A stretch of DNA of 64,000 nt, taken from Desulfurellales bacterium. GTDB taxonomy: Bacteria; Campylobacterota_A; Desulfurellia; Desulfurellales; Hippeaceae. Positions 17,789-26,170 of this stretch are shown one piece after another. A program made the translations under genes and the position numbers. How positions within the stretch are numbered: position 1 is the stretch's first letter; every line of letters begins with the position of its first letter. The stretch covers positions 19 through 64,018 of the forward strand of contig JAMOQJ010000012.1 in assembly GCA_027064065.1 (NCBI GenBank), read 5' to 3'. Below the pieces are notes generated by a model that saw only the letters and a list, made by a program, of their open reading frames with translations, made no database searches and had not been told where the DNA came from.

Positions 17789-18591
17789 TGTACAACCTCT
17801 AAAAAGTTGTTTATTAGTTTAGAAAGTTTTTCCGAAGATGATTTTGCCGTTTCTATAACCGATTCAAGCGGAGCTTTTTCCATGCAGTCAGGTCTATTCA
17901 TATTTGTAATAATGGAAATCGACATACAACTTACGCCCATATGTTTCAAGGCTATGACTTCAGGCACAGTTGACATACCTATGGCATCGGCTCCTATCAT
18001 TCTAAAAAATCTTGTTTCGGCAGGTGTTTCCATAGACGGTCCGCTTACCGCTATATACACGCCTTCTTTTAAATCTATTGCGTTTTTTAGCGCTACATCT
18101 TTTATGATTTCTATATATTTTTTATCGTAAGGTTCGCTCATATCGGGAAATTTTTCTCCAAGTTCGTCTATGTTTTTACCTTTAAGCGGATTTGCACCCA
18201 TCATATTTATGTGGTCTTTTGCAATCATTAGGTCGCCTTTTTTAAAATTGGGATTCAAACCGCCGGCTGCATTTGTCAATATAACCAATTTTGCTCCACA
18301 CATACCCAAGAGTCTTGCCAAAAAAACAACATCCTGCATAGAATATTCTTCATAGTAGTGAAATCTGCCACAAGCAACAACTATTTTTTTTGAATTTTTT
18401 GTGCAATATTCAAAATATCCTTTATGAGACGGTGTTGTAGGCTTTGGTATATTTGGTATTTGTGAGTATGGAACAGTTGTTGTGTGTGAGTCTAACTTTA
18501 TATCTATGCCTGTTCCTGTTATTATCGCATAATCGATAGCGCCTACGGTATTAATAAATTTTTCTTTGGCTTCTTGAAGTTTATTAAACAC
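17785..18591 (-). CDS. purine (or methylthio-) nucleoside phosphorylase, PNP/MTAP family
   Basis: The PNP family pattern is present (GRFHYYE, NAAGGLN, MSTVPEV). The ORF is open to ATG 18633. GTG 18591 lies 6 nt after GGAGG (18598-18602) and is the better start. The stop overlaps the mtaD start by 4 nt. Confidence 0.8.
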   Translation of the reverse strand: MFNKLQEAKEKFINTVGAIDYAIITGTGIDIKLDSHTTTVPYSQIPNIPKPTTPSHKGYFEYCTKNSKKIVVACGRFHYYEEYSMQDVVFLARLLGMCGAKLVILTNAAGGLNPNFKKGDLMIAKDHINMMGANPLKGKNIDELGEKFPDMSEPYDKKYIEIIKDVALKNAIDLKEGVYIAVSGPSMETPAETRFFRMIGADAIGMSTVPEVIALKHMGVSCMSISIITNMNRPDCMEKAPLESVIETAKSSSEKLSKLINNFLEVVQ

Positions 18592-18706
18592 ATAGCACCT
18601 CCACTTTGTCTCTTTAAACAGTAAATATACCATAGTTATTTTTCAAAAAAAACAAAAATAGGCATAACATTTTATTAAATTCCTTATCAAACAGTTTACA
18701 TTCATA

Positions 18707-19096
18707 TTGAAATTTGATATTTTGTTGTTTGTGAAGTTTTTGGTGAGATGGGCTATAAACACAATAGCCCTTGGGGTTACCGTACTTATAGTTAAAGGCT
18801 TATATGTAAGCGGCATTGTTGCCCTTGTTGTTGCAAGTCTGTTTATAGGTTTTTTAAATGCAAGCTTGAGGCCTATTATGCTTTTGCTTACATTGCCATT
18901 CAATATACTAACCATGGGAACCTTTACATTTATTATAAATACCATAATGATTTTAATAACCTCAGAGATAGTGAGAGGGTTCGATGTTTCTGGATTTTGG
19001 GCTGCGTTTGTAGCATCCCTTATAATGAGTTTCGTTAGTTTTTTATTGAATCTGTTTGTTTACGTAAATAAAGAAACCGAAGAGCAAGAACTTTAA
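18707..19096 (+). CDS. DUF360 / phage-holin-4-like small membrane protein
   Basis: Four hydrophobic segments and an FLVRWAINTIALGV N-terminus. The start is uncertain (TTG 18707 or GTG 18731; no clear SD). Confidence 0.6.
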   Translation: MKFDILLFVKFLVRWAINTIALGVTVLIVKGLYVSGIVALVVASLFIGFLNASLRPIMLLLTLPFNILTMGTFTFIINTIMILITSEIVRGFDVSGFWAAFVASLIMSFVSFLLNLFVYVNKETEEQEL

Positions 19097-19123
19097 TCTT
19101 AAAACAATAGCGGAGTTTGTGAG

Positions 19124-20221
19124 ATGAGTGAAAAAATGCCTGAATTATATTTTGGTGATTTGAAGGCTGAAGTTCCTATAGTGCAGGGTGGCATGGGTGT
19201 TGGTATATCTATGTCATCATTGGCAAGTGCAGTTGCTAATGAAGGCGGTGTAGGTGTTATATCCGCCGCCGAGATTGGGTTTATTAGAGAAGAGTTTGCG
19301 AGAAATCCGAAAGAAGCCAATACTTTAGCCCTTGAAGAAGAGATTAAAAAAGCTAAATCTTTAAGCAAAAAAGGCATTATTGGCGTAAATATAATGGTCG
19401 CCTTAACCGAGTTTATCGATTTAATAAAGGCTTCTATTAAAGCTGGAGCAGATATTCTGTTTTGCGGAGCTGGACTGCCTTTGACTGTTCCTATAGAAGA
19501 GATAAAGGAAAGCGGCATAAAATTTGGCGTGATAGTGTCGTCGGCAAAAGCAACAACGCTAATATTTAAATATTGGGATAGACATTACGGTGTAATTCCT
19601 GACGCTGTTGTTGTGGAAGGTCCAAAAGCCGGCGGTCATTTGGGTTTTAGGTATGAGCAGATTGATAATCCTGACTTTGAATTGGAAAAAATTGTACCGC
19701 CTGTATTGGATGCTGTTAAGGTTTATGAAGAGAAATACAACAAAAAGATTCCGACCATTGCGGCTGGTGGTATATATACCGGTGAAGACATATACAAGTT
19801 TATTAATAAAATAGGGGTTGACGGTGTTCAAATGGCGACAAGGTTTGTTGCTACACATGAATGCGATGCGGATATAAGATTCAAAGAAGCTTATGTAAAT
19901 TGTAAAAAAGAAGATATCACCATAATCAGAAGTCCTGTAGGTTTGCCAGGTAGAGCTATAAAAAACAAATTTTTAGAAGATGTCGAAGAAGGTAAAAAAC
20001 AGCCCTTTAAATGTATATGGCAATGCTTGAAAGGGTGTGAATATAGAAAAGCTCCATACTGCATAACGCAGGCTTTGATTAGCGCTCAAAAAGGCGTGTT
20101 TAAAAGCGGTTTTGCCTTTGCCGGCTCAAATGCATATAGGATAAATAAAATAGTGTCGGTGAAGGAACTTATGGATGAGCTGAAGGCGGATTACGCAAAA
20201 GCCGTTAGGTCAGAAGAATAG
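19124..20221 (+). CDS. nitronate monooxygenase / FabK-like FMN oxidoreductase
   Basis: PIVQGGMGVGIS and AAGGIYTGEDI TIM-barrel FMN motifs. The C-terminus carries a CIWQCLKGCEYRKAPYC cluster. Confidence 0.75.
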   Translation: MSEKMPELYFGDLKAEVPIVQGGMGVGISMSSLASAVANEGGVGVISAAEIGFIREEFARNPKEANTLALEEEIKKAKSLSKKGIIGVNIMVALTEFIDLIKASIKAGADILFCGAGLPLTVPIEEIKESGIKFGVIVSSAKATTLIFKYWDRHYGVIPDAVVVEGPKAGGHLGFRYEQIDNPDFELEKIVPPVLDAVKVYEEKYNKKIPTIAAGGIYTGEDIYKFINKIGVDGVQMATRFVATHECDADIRFKEAYVNCKKEDITIIRSPVGLPGRAIKNKFLEDVEEGKKQPFKCIWQCLKGCEYRKAPYCITQALISAQKGVFKSGFAFAGSNAYRINKIVSVKELMDELKADYAKAVRSEE

Positions 20222-20250
20222 AGATATAAATTTCAAGGAGTTGTTATATA

Positions 20251-22074
20251 ATGCTAAAGAACGATAAAATAAGGAATATCGCTATCATTGCGCATGTTGA
20301 CCACGGTAAAACTACATTGGTCGATGCTATGTTGAAACAAAGCGGACTATTTAGGGAAAATCAAAATGTTGAAGATAGAATATTGGATTCTATGGATTTG
20401 GAAAGGGAGCACGGTATAACGATAGCCGCAAAAAACTGCTCGATTAAATATAAAGACATAAAGATAAATGTGGTAGATACACCCGGTCATGCCGATTTTG
20501 GCGGAGAAGTTGAAAGGGCGCTTTCTATGGTTGATGGTGCTATACTGCTAGTCGATGCTGCCGAAGGTCCGCTTCCTCAAACACGTTTTGTTTTAAAGAA
20601 GGCTTTAGAACGAAGATTAACCATAGTCGTAGTTATAAACAAGATAGACAGAAAAGACGCAAGGGCTGAAGAAGTGCTTGATGAAATATATGATTTGTTT
20701 ATAGATTTGGACGCAACGGAAGAGCAATTGGATTTTCCATATCTTTACGCTATAGCAAAAGAAGGCATAGCAAAAAAGAATCTTGATGATAAAAGTGATG
20801 ATTTGGAGCCTTTATTTAAAACTATTATCGAAGAAATACCACCGCCAAGTTATGATGAGAACAAACCATTTCAAATGCTTGTAAGCGACTTGGGTCATTC
20901 GGATTATTTAGGCAGGCTTGCCATAGGTAAAATAGTAAACGGAGAAGTTTCATCATCCGACAATCTCATTTATATAGACAAAAATAATAAAGAAGTTCCA
21001 TTTAAGATTTCGAAGATGCAGATTTATGAAGGATTAAACTTGAAGGATACAAAAAATGCAAAAGCCGGAGAGATTATAGTTTTGTCAGGAACTATAGAAA
21101 ATATAAATATAGGAGATACTGTATGCTCTAAAGAATCACCGCTTGTTTTAAAGAGATTAAGGGTTGATGAGCCTACTGTTGCTATGAAATTTACTATAAA
21201 TACATCGCCATTTTCAGGTCTTGAAGGTGATATAGTTCAATCCAATAAAATAAAGGATAGGCTATATAAAGAGACAATAAAAAATGTTTCTATAGCAATA
21301 GAAGAAACCGATAATCCTGATGAAATAGTTGTAAAGGGTAGGGGTGAGTTACAGCTTGTCATACTTATTGAAATGATGAGAAGAGAAGGGTTTGAGCTAA
21401 CCGTAGGAAGACCGCAGGTTATATTCAAATACGATGGCTCTAAAAAATTGGAACCAATTGAACGTCTATTTATAGATTGCAATGAAGAGTTTGTGGGTGC
21501 TGTTACCAATAAACTTTCTCAAAGAAAAGGCAAAATGGTGAATATGATAAATAAGGGTTCAGGAAGGGTTAGGCTTGAGTTTTTGATTCCCGCAAGAACG
21601 CTTATAGGCTACAGAGATGAATTTATGACAGACACCAAAGGAACGGGAATAATGAATTCCTATTTTGAAGAGTATAGGGAATATCAAGGGGATTTTAAAT
21701 CCCGCTTTACCGGTTCTTTGGTATCGGATAGAGAAGGTGTTGCAACTGCTTATGCTCTATTTAATTTGGAACCGAGAGGTAGACTATTTGTTAAACCTTC
21801 TGATAGGGTTTATGAAGGTATGATAGTTGGAGAGCACAACAAAGATAGAGATTTGAATGTTAATCCTACAAAAGAGAAGAAACTCTCAAATATGAGAGCT
21901 GCAGGAAGGGACGATAATATAATACTTGCGCCTGTTATCCCTATGAGTTTGGAGAGAGCTATAAACTTTATTAAGGATGACGAACTCGTGGAGATTACGC
22001 CAAAATCGATAAGACTTAGAAAAAGTGTATTATCTGCCCAAAAAAGGAAGGTTGCGGAGCATAACAGAAGCTGA
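20251..22074 (+). CDS. typA: translational GTPase TypA/BipA
   Basis: AHVDHGKTTL, DTPGHADF and NKIDR motifs. 607 aa with BipA C-terminal domain layout. Confidence 0.93.
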   Translation: MLKNDKIRNIAIIAHVDHGKTTLVDAMLKQSGLFRENQNVEDRILDSMDLEREHGITIAAKNCSIKYKDIKINVVDTPGHADFGGEVERALSMVDGAILLVDAAEGPLPQTRFVLKKALERRLTIVVVINKIDRKDARAEEVLDEIYDLFIDLDATEEQLDFPYLYAIAKEGIAKKNLDDKSDDLEPLFKTIIEEIPPPSYDENKPFQMLVSDLGHSDYLGRLAIGKIVNGEVSSSDNLIYIDKNNKEVPFKISKMQIYEGLNLKDTKNAKAGEIIVLSGTIENINIGDTVCSKESPLVLKRLRVDEPTVAMKFTINTSPFSGLEGDIVQSNKIKDRLYKETIKNVSIAIEETDNPDEIVVKGRGELQLVILIEMMRREGFELTVGRPQVIFKYDGSKKLEPIERLFIDCNEEFVGAVTNKLSQRKGKMVNMINKGSGRVRLEFLIPARTLIGYRDEFMTDTKGTGIMNSYFEEYREYQGDFKSRFTGSLVSDREGVATAYALFNLEPRGRLFVKPSDRVYEGMIVGEHNKDRDLNVNPTKEKKLSNMRAAGRDDNIILAPVIPMSLERAINFIKDDELVEITPKSIRLRKSVLSAQKRKVAEHNRS

Positions 22075-22136
22075 TATTTTTAATTTGACTTATTAAACTA
22101 AATTATACTAAACTTTAAAGAAAAAAGGGGGTAGTG

Positions 22137-22574
22137 ATGTATAAAAATATTCTTGTAATGACAGATTTTTCAAAGGATTCTGACTTTGCAACCCAGATAG
22201 CCTGTGAGGTATCAAAAAAATTTTCAAGCAAACTCTATATTATGCATGTGGGATATATGGACCCGGGTTTTACCGTTTTGTTGGATGATGAAGATATGGA
22301 AAAGGTGAAAAATAGGATGGATGAGAATGTTGAAAGAGAATTTAGTAAACTTGAAGAAAGAGTGCCGTGCTTAAAAGAGATTAAGTATGAAACCATATAT
22401 CATAGAGGCGTGCCATACGAAGAGGGTTTGAAGGAGATTGAGACAGGTAAATACGATTTATTAGTTTTAGGCTCTCATGGTAAAAATAGTATTAAGAAGT
22501 TTTTTTATGGAAGCACTACAGCAAAACTTTCAAGGCGTTCGCCAATTAGCACTTTAATTACAAGAAACGATTGA
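22137..22574 (+). CDS. universal stress protein family
   Basis: Usp pattern (ILVMTDFS..., LLVLGSHGKNSIKKFFYGSTTAKL). The ATG lies 5 nt after AAGGGGGT; the ORF is open from GTG 22134. Confidence 0.85.
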   Translation: MYKNILVMTDFSKDSDFATQIACEVSKKFSSKLYIMHVGYMDPGFTVLLDDEDMEKVKNRMDENVEREFSKLEERVPCLKEIKYETIYHRGVPYEEGLKEIETGKYDLLVLGSHGKNSIKKFFYGSTTAKLSRRSPISTLITRND

Positions 22575-22579
22575 TGTAA

Positions 22580-22625
22580 ATCAAAGGGCTACTTGTTGTA
22601 ACAGCCCTTTGATTACTCTTTTTTA
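22580..22625 (+). terminator. intrinsic terminator after usp
   Basis: ATCAAAGGGCT-12 nt-AGCCCTTTGAT stem followed by TACTCTTTTTT. It lies at a convergent junction with the TRAP permease. Confidence 0.65.
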
Positions 22626-24665
22626 AGATTTTGCTGTTTTTAGTCTCATTTTTTGCTCAACGTACAGTAATGCAAATATAGCAATGCCCACTAAATACAT
22701 ATAATATTTTAGATTGGGTGGTAGGTTAAATGCTTCTATTGGTCCTGATGGATTAAACAAAATCCAGGTAGCTGTAAGGAAAAACGGAATTTCGTACCAC
22801 TTGTTTTTTGTAATAAACCATCCCTGCAAAGCTGAAGCAAAGGCAAATGAGCCCAATATTGCCATAACAAAAATCATGATGATTTTTGGCCAGCTTGTTA
22901 TGTGGTATAAAATTAAATCAGGATTGAATACAAACATAAAGGGCAAGATAGCCGTTCTCATATCATAAATAAAACCCTGTATAGCAGTAGGTATCGGGTC
23001 TGTTTCGGCTAACGCCGCTGCGGCATAAGCGGCTAACCCCACTGGCGGCGTATCGTCCGCTATAATACCAAAATAGAAACAGAATAGGTGTGCAGCCATC
23101 AACGGTATAAAGAATCCATAGTTATGACCTATCGTAACAATAACTGGAGCTGTTAGGGATGCCATAACTATGTAGTTTGCTGTTGTAGGAAGTCCCATAC
23201 CAAGTAGCAAACTTGCCATGGCTGTTATTATCAGAAGCAGATATATATTGCCGTGGGCAAGAGTGTCTACAAGCTCTGTAATCATACTTCCTATGCCTGT
23301 TGCAACAAGTCCAACTACAACACCAGCGGATGCACAAGCTAAGGCTACAACAACCATATTTCTTGAGCCTGAGACAAATGCTTCAGCTGTTAATTGTAAA
23401 GAATTTTTTATTGCTTTTGTGAGATTTGAACCTTCTTTTTTGATTTTTCTAATTTCTTGATAGAGAATAGTGAAAACCAGAATAATAATTGTTCTAAACG
23501 CCGACATTGCCGGTGAATGCCTTAAAACCATTAACTCTACCACAAGCCATGTAATTGGGACAAGATAATGAAAACCATTTTTTAAGACCTCTTTTGCGTT
23601 GGGTAACTCTTCTTTGGGAAGCCCTTTTAAGCCAAGTTTGCTGGCTTCTAAGTGAGTTACATAGAACAATGCAATATAGGCAACAAGCGCCGGGATAAAT
23701 GCTGCTTTTACCACCTGTATGTATGGAACATTGACATATTCTGCTATAATAAATGCAGCAGCACCCATAATAGGAGGCATTAGCTGTCCGTTTATGCTTG
23801 CTGCAACCTCTGTTGCTCCTGCTTTAGTTGCAGGATATCCTGTTTTTTTCATTAGTGGTATAGTAAATGTTCCTGTTGTAACAACATTTGCAACAGATGA
23901 ACCAGATACCAATCCCGTTAATCCGCTTGCAATAACAGCAGATTTTGCAGGACCACCCTTATATCTTCCTAATCCCGCAAATGCCAAATCTATAAAGAAC
24001 TTTCCTGCACCGGCTTTCTCAAGCATTGCACCCATAAGCACGAATAGGAAAACGATATTTGTTGAAACTCTTAACGGTATTCCAAATATGCCTTCGGTGG
24101 ATAGGGATAGCTGGCTTACGTATTTATCTAAGTTTACGCCTCTGTATGCCATAATGTCTGGTAGGTTTGGACCAAAAAAGCCATAAAGCGTAAACAATAT
24201 ACCTACAATTGGCAATGCAGGGCCTATAGCCCTTCTTGTTGCTTCAAACACCATAATAATTAAAAGAAGTCCAAATACCTTATCCGCCAAGTTTGGTGAG
24301 CCCATTCTCATCGATATGCCTGTCCATGCGAATATAATATAAAGAGAGACTGAGACGCCTATTGCAGCAAATATATAATCTATTACGGGTATTCCGTTTC
24401 TTTGAGATAGAAACGGCATGGATTTTATGTGATGCCTTTTTAAAAACGGTATACTCGTAAAGACCATAGCCATAGCAAAAGCAAGATGTATTGACCTTGA
24501 AAATGTACTATCTATGGTTAGAAAGCTTGCTATGGAGAGCTGAAAAAGTGCCCAAGATACACCTATTGTCATAATAAGGGCTTTTTCGTATTTATTTAGT
24601 ATTCTTAAGTCGCCTGTATCTTCTCTTAACAGCTCTTCAAGCTCTTTCTGTCTGTCTTTATCCAT
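22623..24665 (-). CDS. TRAP transporter fused permease (TAXI type, DctQ-DctM fusion)
   Basis: 680 aa polytopic membrane protein immediately downstream of a TAXI solute receptor. Confidence 0.85.
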   Translation of the reverse strand: MDKDRQKELEELLREDTGDLRILNKYEKALIMTIGVSWALFQLSIASFLTIDSTFSRSIHLAFAMAMVFTSIPFLKRHHIKSMPFLSQRNGIPVIDYIFAAIGVSVSLYIIFAWTGISMRMGSPNLADKVFGLLLIIMVFEATRRAIGPALPIVGILFTLYGFFGPNLPDIMAYRGVNLDKYVSQLSLSTEGIFGIPLRVSTNIVFLFVLMGAMLEKAGAGKFFIDLAFAGLGRYKGGPAKSAVIASGLTGLVSGSSVANVVTTGTFTIPLMKKTGYPATKAGATEVAASINGQLMPPIMGAAAFIIAEYVNVPYIQVVKAAFIPALVAYIALFYVTHLEASKLGLKGLPKEELPNAKEVLKNGFHYLVPITWLVVELMVLRHSPAMSAFRTIIILVFTILYQEIRKIKKEGSNLTKAIKNSLQLTAEAFVSGSRNMVVVALACASAGVVVGLVATGIGSMITELVDTLAHGNIYLLLIITAMASLLLGMGLPTTANYIVMASLTAPVIVTIGHNYGFFIPLMAAHLFCFYFGIIADDTPPVGLAAYAAAALAETDPIPTAIQGFIYDMRTAILPFMFVFNPDLILYHITSWPKIIMIFVMAILGSFAFASALQGWFITKNKWYEIPFFLTATWILFNPSGPIEAFNLPPNLKYYMYLVGIAIFALLYVEQKMRLKTAKS

Positions 24666-24690
24666 TTAGAACCCCTTTAGGATAAAATTT

Positions 24691-24726
24691 TAAAAAAAAA
24701 CGGATGACACAATATATGCCACCCGT
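24691..24726 (-). terminator. intercistronic hairpin plus U-tract between the TAXI receptor and permease
   Basis: Minus strand reads ACGGGTG-13 nt-CATCCGT (one G-U pair) followed by TTTTTTTTTAAAA. Confidence 0.55.
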
Positions 24727-24749
24727 TTTGACGCTAAAATATTGAAATC

Positions 24750-25754
24750 TTATTTGAGAATTAGATTTTTAGGTATAAACTTTATCAAACCTGATTCTTT
24801 GTAATATTTCAAAGCGCCTGGATGTATAGGAGCTGTTAATCCTTCAAGCATATTCTGTTTTGTTAAGACAGCATATGCCGGATGTAGTTTTTTGAATGTC
24901 TCAAAATTATCAAAAACCTCTTTTGTTATTGCATATACTACATTTTCAGGCTCTTTTGCGCTTGTAACAAGTGTTGCTTTAACGCCAACAGTTTCTATAG
25001 CATCCTGTTTGTTGGCAGCCATAGGATAGAATTTTTTAACAAGTATCTTAGACTTTGCGTAGTATGGATGTTCTTTTAACAACTTGTCTACAGCTGCTCC
25101 CGTTATAGGAACAATAATAACCTTTATTCTTCCGCTTGTTGCTTCTTTAATATTTCCGTTTGGATGTCCTACTGTGAAGAAGAAAGCATCGATTCTGCCG
25201 TCTTGCAATAATCCTGGCGCCTCAACTGCCTTAACATACTCAGGATGTATATCCTTTAAAGAGAGCCCAAATGCTTTTAGGATATCTTTTGAGTTTTGAA
25301 GCTGTCCTGAGCCAGGGTTGCCCAAGTTTACCCTTTTGCCTTTTAAGTCTGCAATGCTTTTTATGCCACTTTTTACAGATGCTATCAATGTGATAGATTC
25401 AGGATGTATAGCAAATACACTCCTTAGTTGTTTCTGTGGTCCTTTGTTTTTCCATTCAGCCAATCCATGCCATGCCTGATACTGTCTGTCTGACTGGCAA
25501 ATACCAAAATCCAAATCTCCGCTTAATACGGCATTAATGTTGTAAACAGAACCACCCGTTGATTCTACTGTAGCTTTAATACCATACTCTTTGTACTTTT
25601 TATTGACCATTTTAGAAATAGCACCACCGGTAGGATAATAAACACCAGTAACACCGCCTGTGCCGATAGTTACGAAAATTCTTTTTCCGTAACTTAAAGA
25701 AACAACGCTAACCAAAAATAGCATTGCCAATAACAGAATCTTGCCTTTTCTCAT
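24750..25754 (-). CDS. TAXI-family TRAP transporter solute-binding protein
   Basis: Signal peptide and TGGVTGVYYPTGGAI motif. ATG 25754 lies 6 nt after GGGAGGTG; the ORF is open to 25763. Confidence 0.88.
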   Translation of the reverse strand: MRKGKILLLAMLFLVSVVSLSYGKRIFVTIGTGGVTGVYYPTGGAISKMVNKKYKEYGIKATVESTGGSVYNINAVLSGDLDFGICQSDRQYQAWHGLAEWKNKGPQKQLRSVFAIHPESITLIASVKSGIKSIADLKGKRVNLGNPGSGQLQNSKDILKAFGLSLKDIHPEYVKAVEAPGLLQDGRIDAFFFTVGHPNGNIKEATSGRIKVIIVPITGAAVDKLLKEHPYYAKSKILVKKFYPMAANKQDAIETVGVKATLVTSAKEPENVVYAITKEVFDNFETFKKLHPAYAVLTKQNMLEGLTAPIHPGALKYYKESGLIKFIPKNLILK

Positions 25755-25962
25755 AGGCAGCACCTCCCAAAAGATTTTAATTTAATCACAACTAAACACA
25801 TCCCTACACACTTTCTATATTACTACAAAGTTTACTTATTGTCAAAAAATTAATTAAATTATTAATTAATTAAGTCATTTTAGTAGTATATTAAACAAAT
25901 TTTATTATACAGAACAATCTTTACTCAAGAAATAATTATTTATTTAATATAAATAACCAATC

Positions 25963-26069
25963 AAAAAAGGCGAACGCTAATTGGTTCGCCTGCAAGACAT
26001 GACAACAATAAGTGGGGGGAGGCCTCACTGGGGGAGTGAGGCGATTGTGTAACCTTTATTTGTTATGAA
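25963..26069 (-). ncRNA. candidate small RNA or structured 3' UTR (C-rich, two hairpins, intrinsic terminator)
   Basis: A minus-strand TATAAT sits at 26076-26081. Downstream are the hairpin GCCTCACT-ccccc-AGTGAGGC (26022-26042), single-stranded CTCCCCCC, and then GGCGAAC-8 nt-GTTCGCC followed by TTTTTTG (25963-25990). This is the only GC-rich stretch in an otherwise AT-rich 400-nt intergenic region. Confidence 0.35.
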
Positions 26070-26170
26070 TTGTATATTATAATATTTTTGAATGCAAGTA
26101 AAATATTATTTGAAAAATATAACAATAATAGTTTTTTTGTTTTTTATAAATAACATAAGAATATAAGATA

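Noticed and set aside
10563-22574. Each of the two Usp genes sits next to a translational GTPase gene (EF-G-like/usp convergent; typA-usp tandem).
   Set aside because: With only two instances in different orientations, this is likely coincidence. It would need genome-wide and cross-species neighbourhood statistics.
23719-24186. Long antisense ORFs inside well-supported genes. Examples: 23719-24186 (155 aa) in the TRAP permease, 26910-27446 (178 aa) in msbA, 32099-32563 in lpxD, 50367-50843 in the MFP gene, 11636-12085 in asd and 54122-54568 in rplI/dnaB.
   Set aside because: All are low-complexity (S/F/I/L/P-rich) mirror frames of strongly supported genes. They have no SD sequences and no recognisable motifs. 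They are expected when the sense strand uses purine-rich A/G-ending codons that avoid antisense stops.
25999-26052. 17-codon plus-strand ORF (MTTISGGRPHWGSEAIV) inside the GC-rich intergenic element.
   Set aside because: It has no SD. The sequence is better explained as RNA hairpins, and the frame is created by the G/C tracts.
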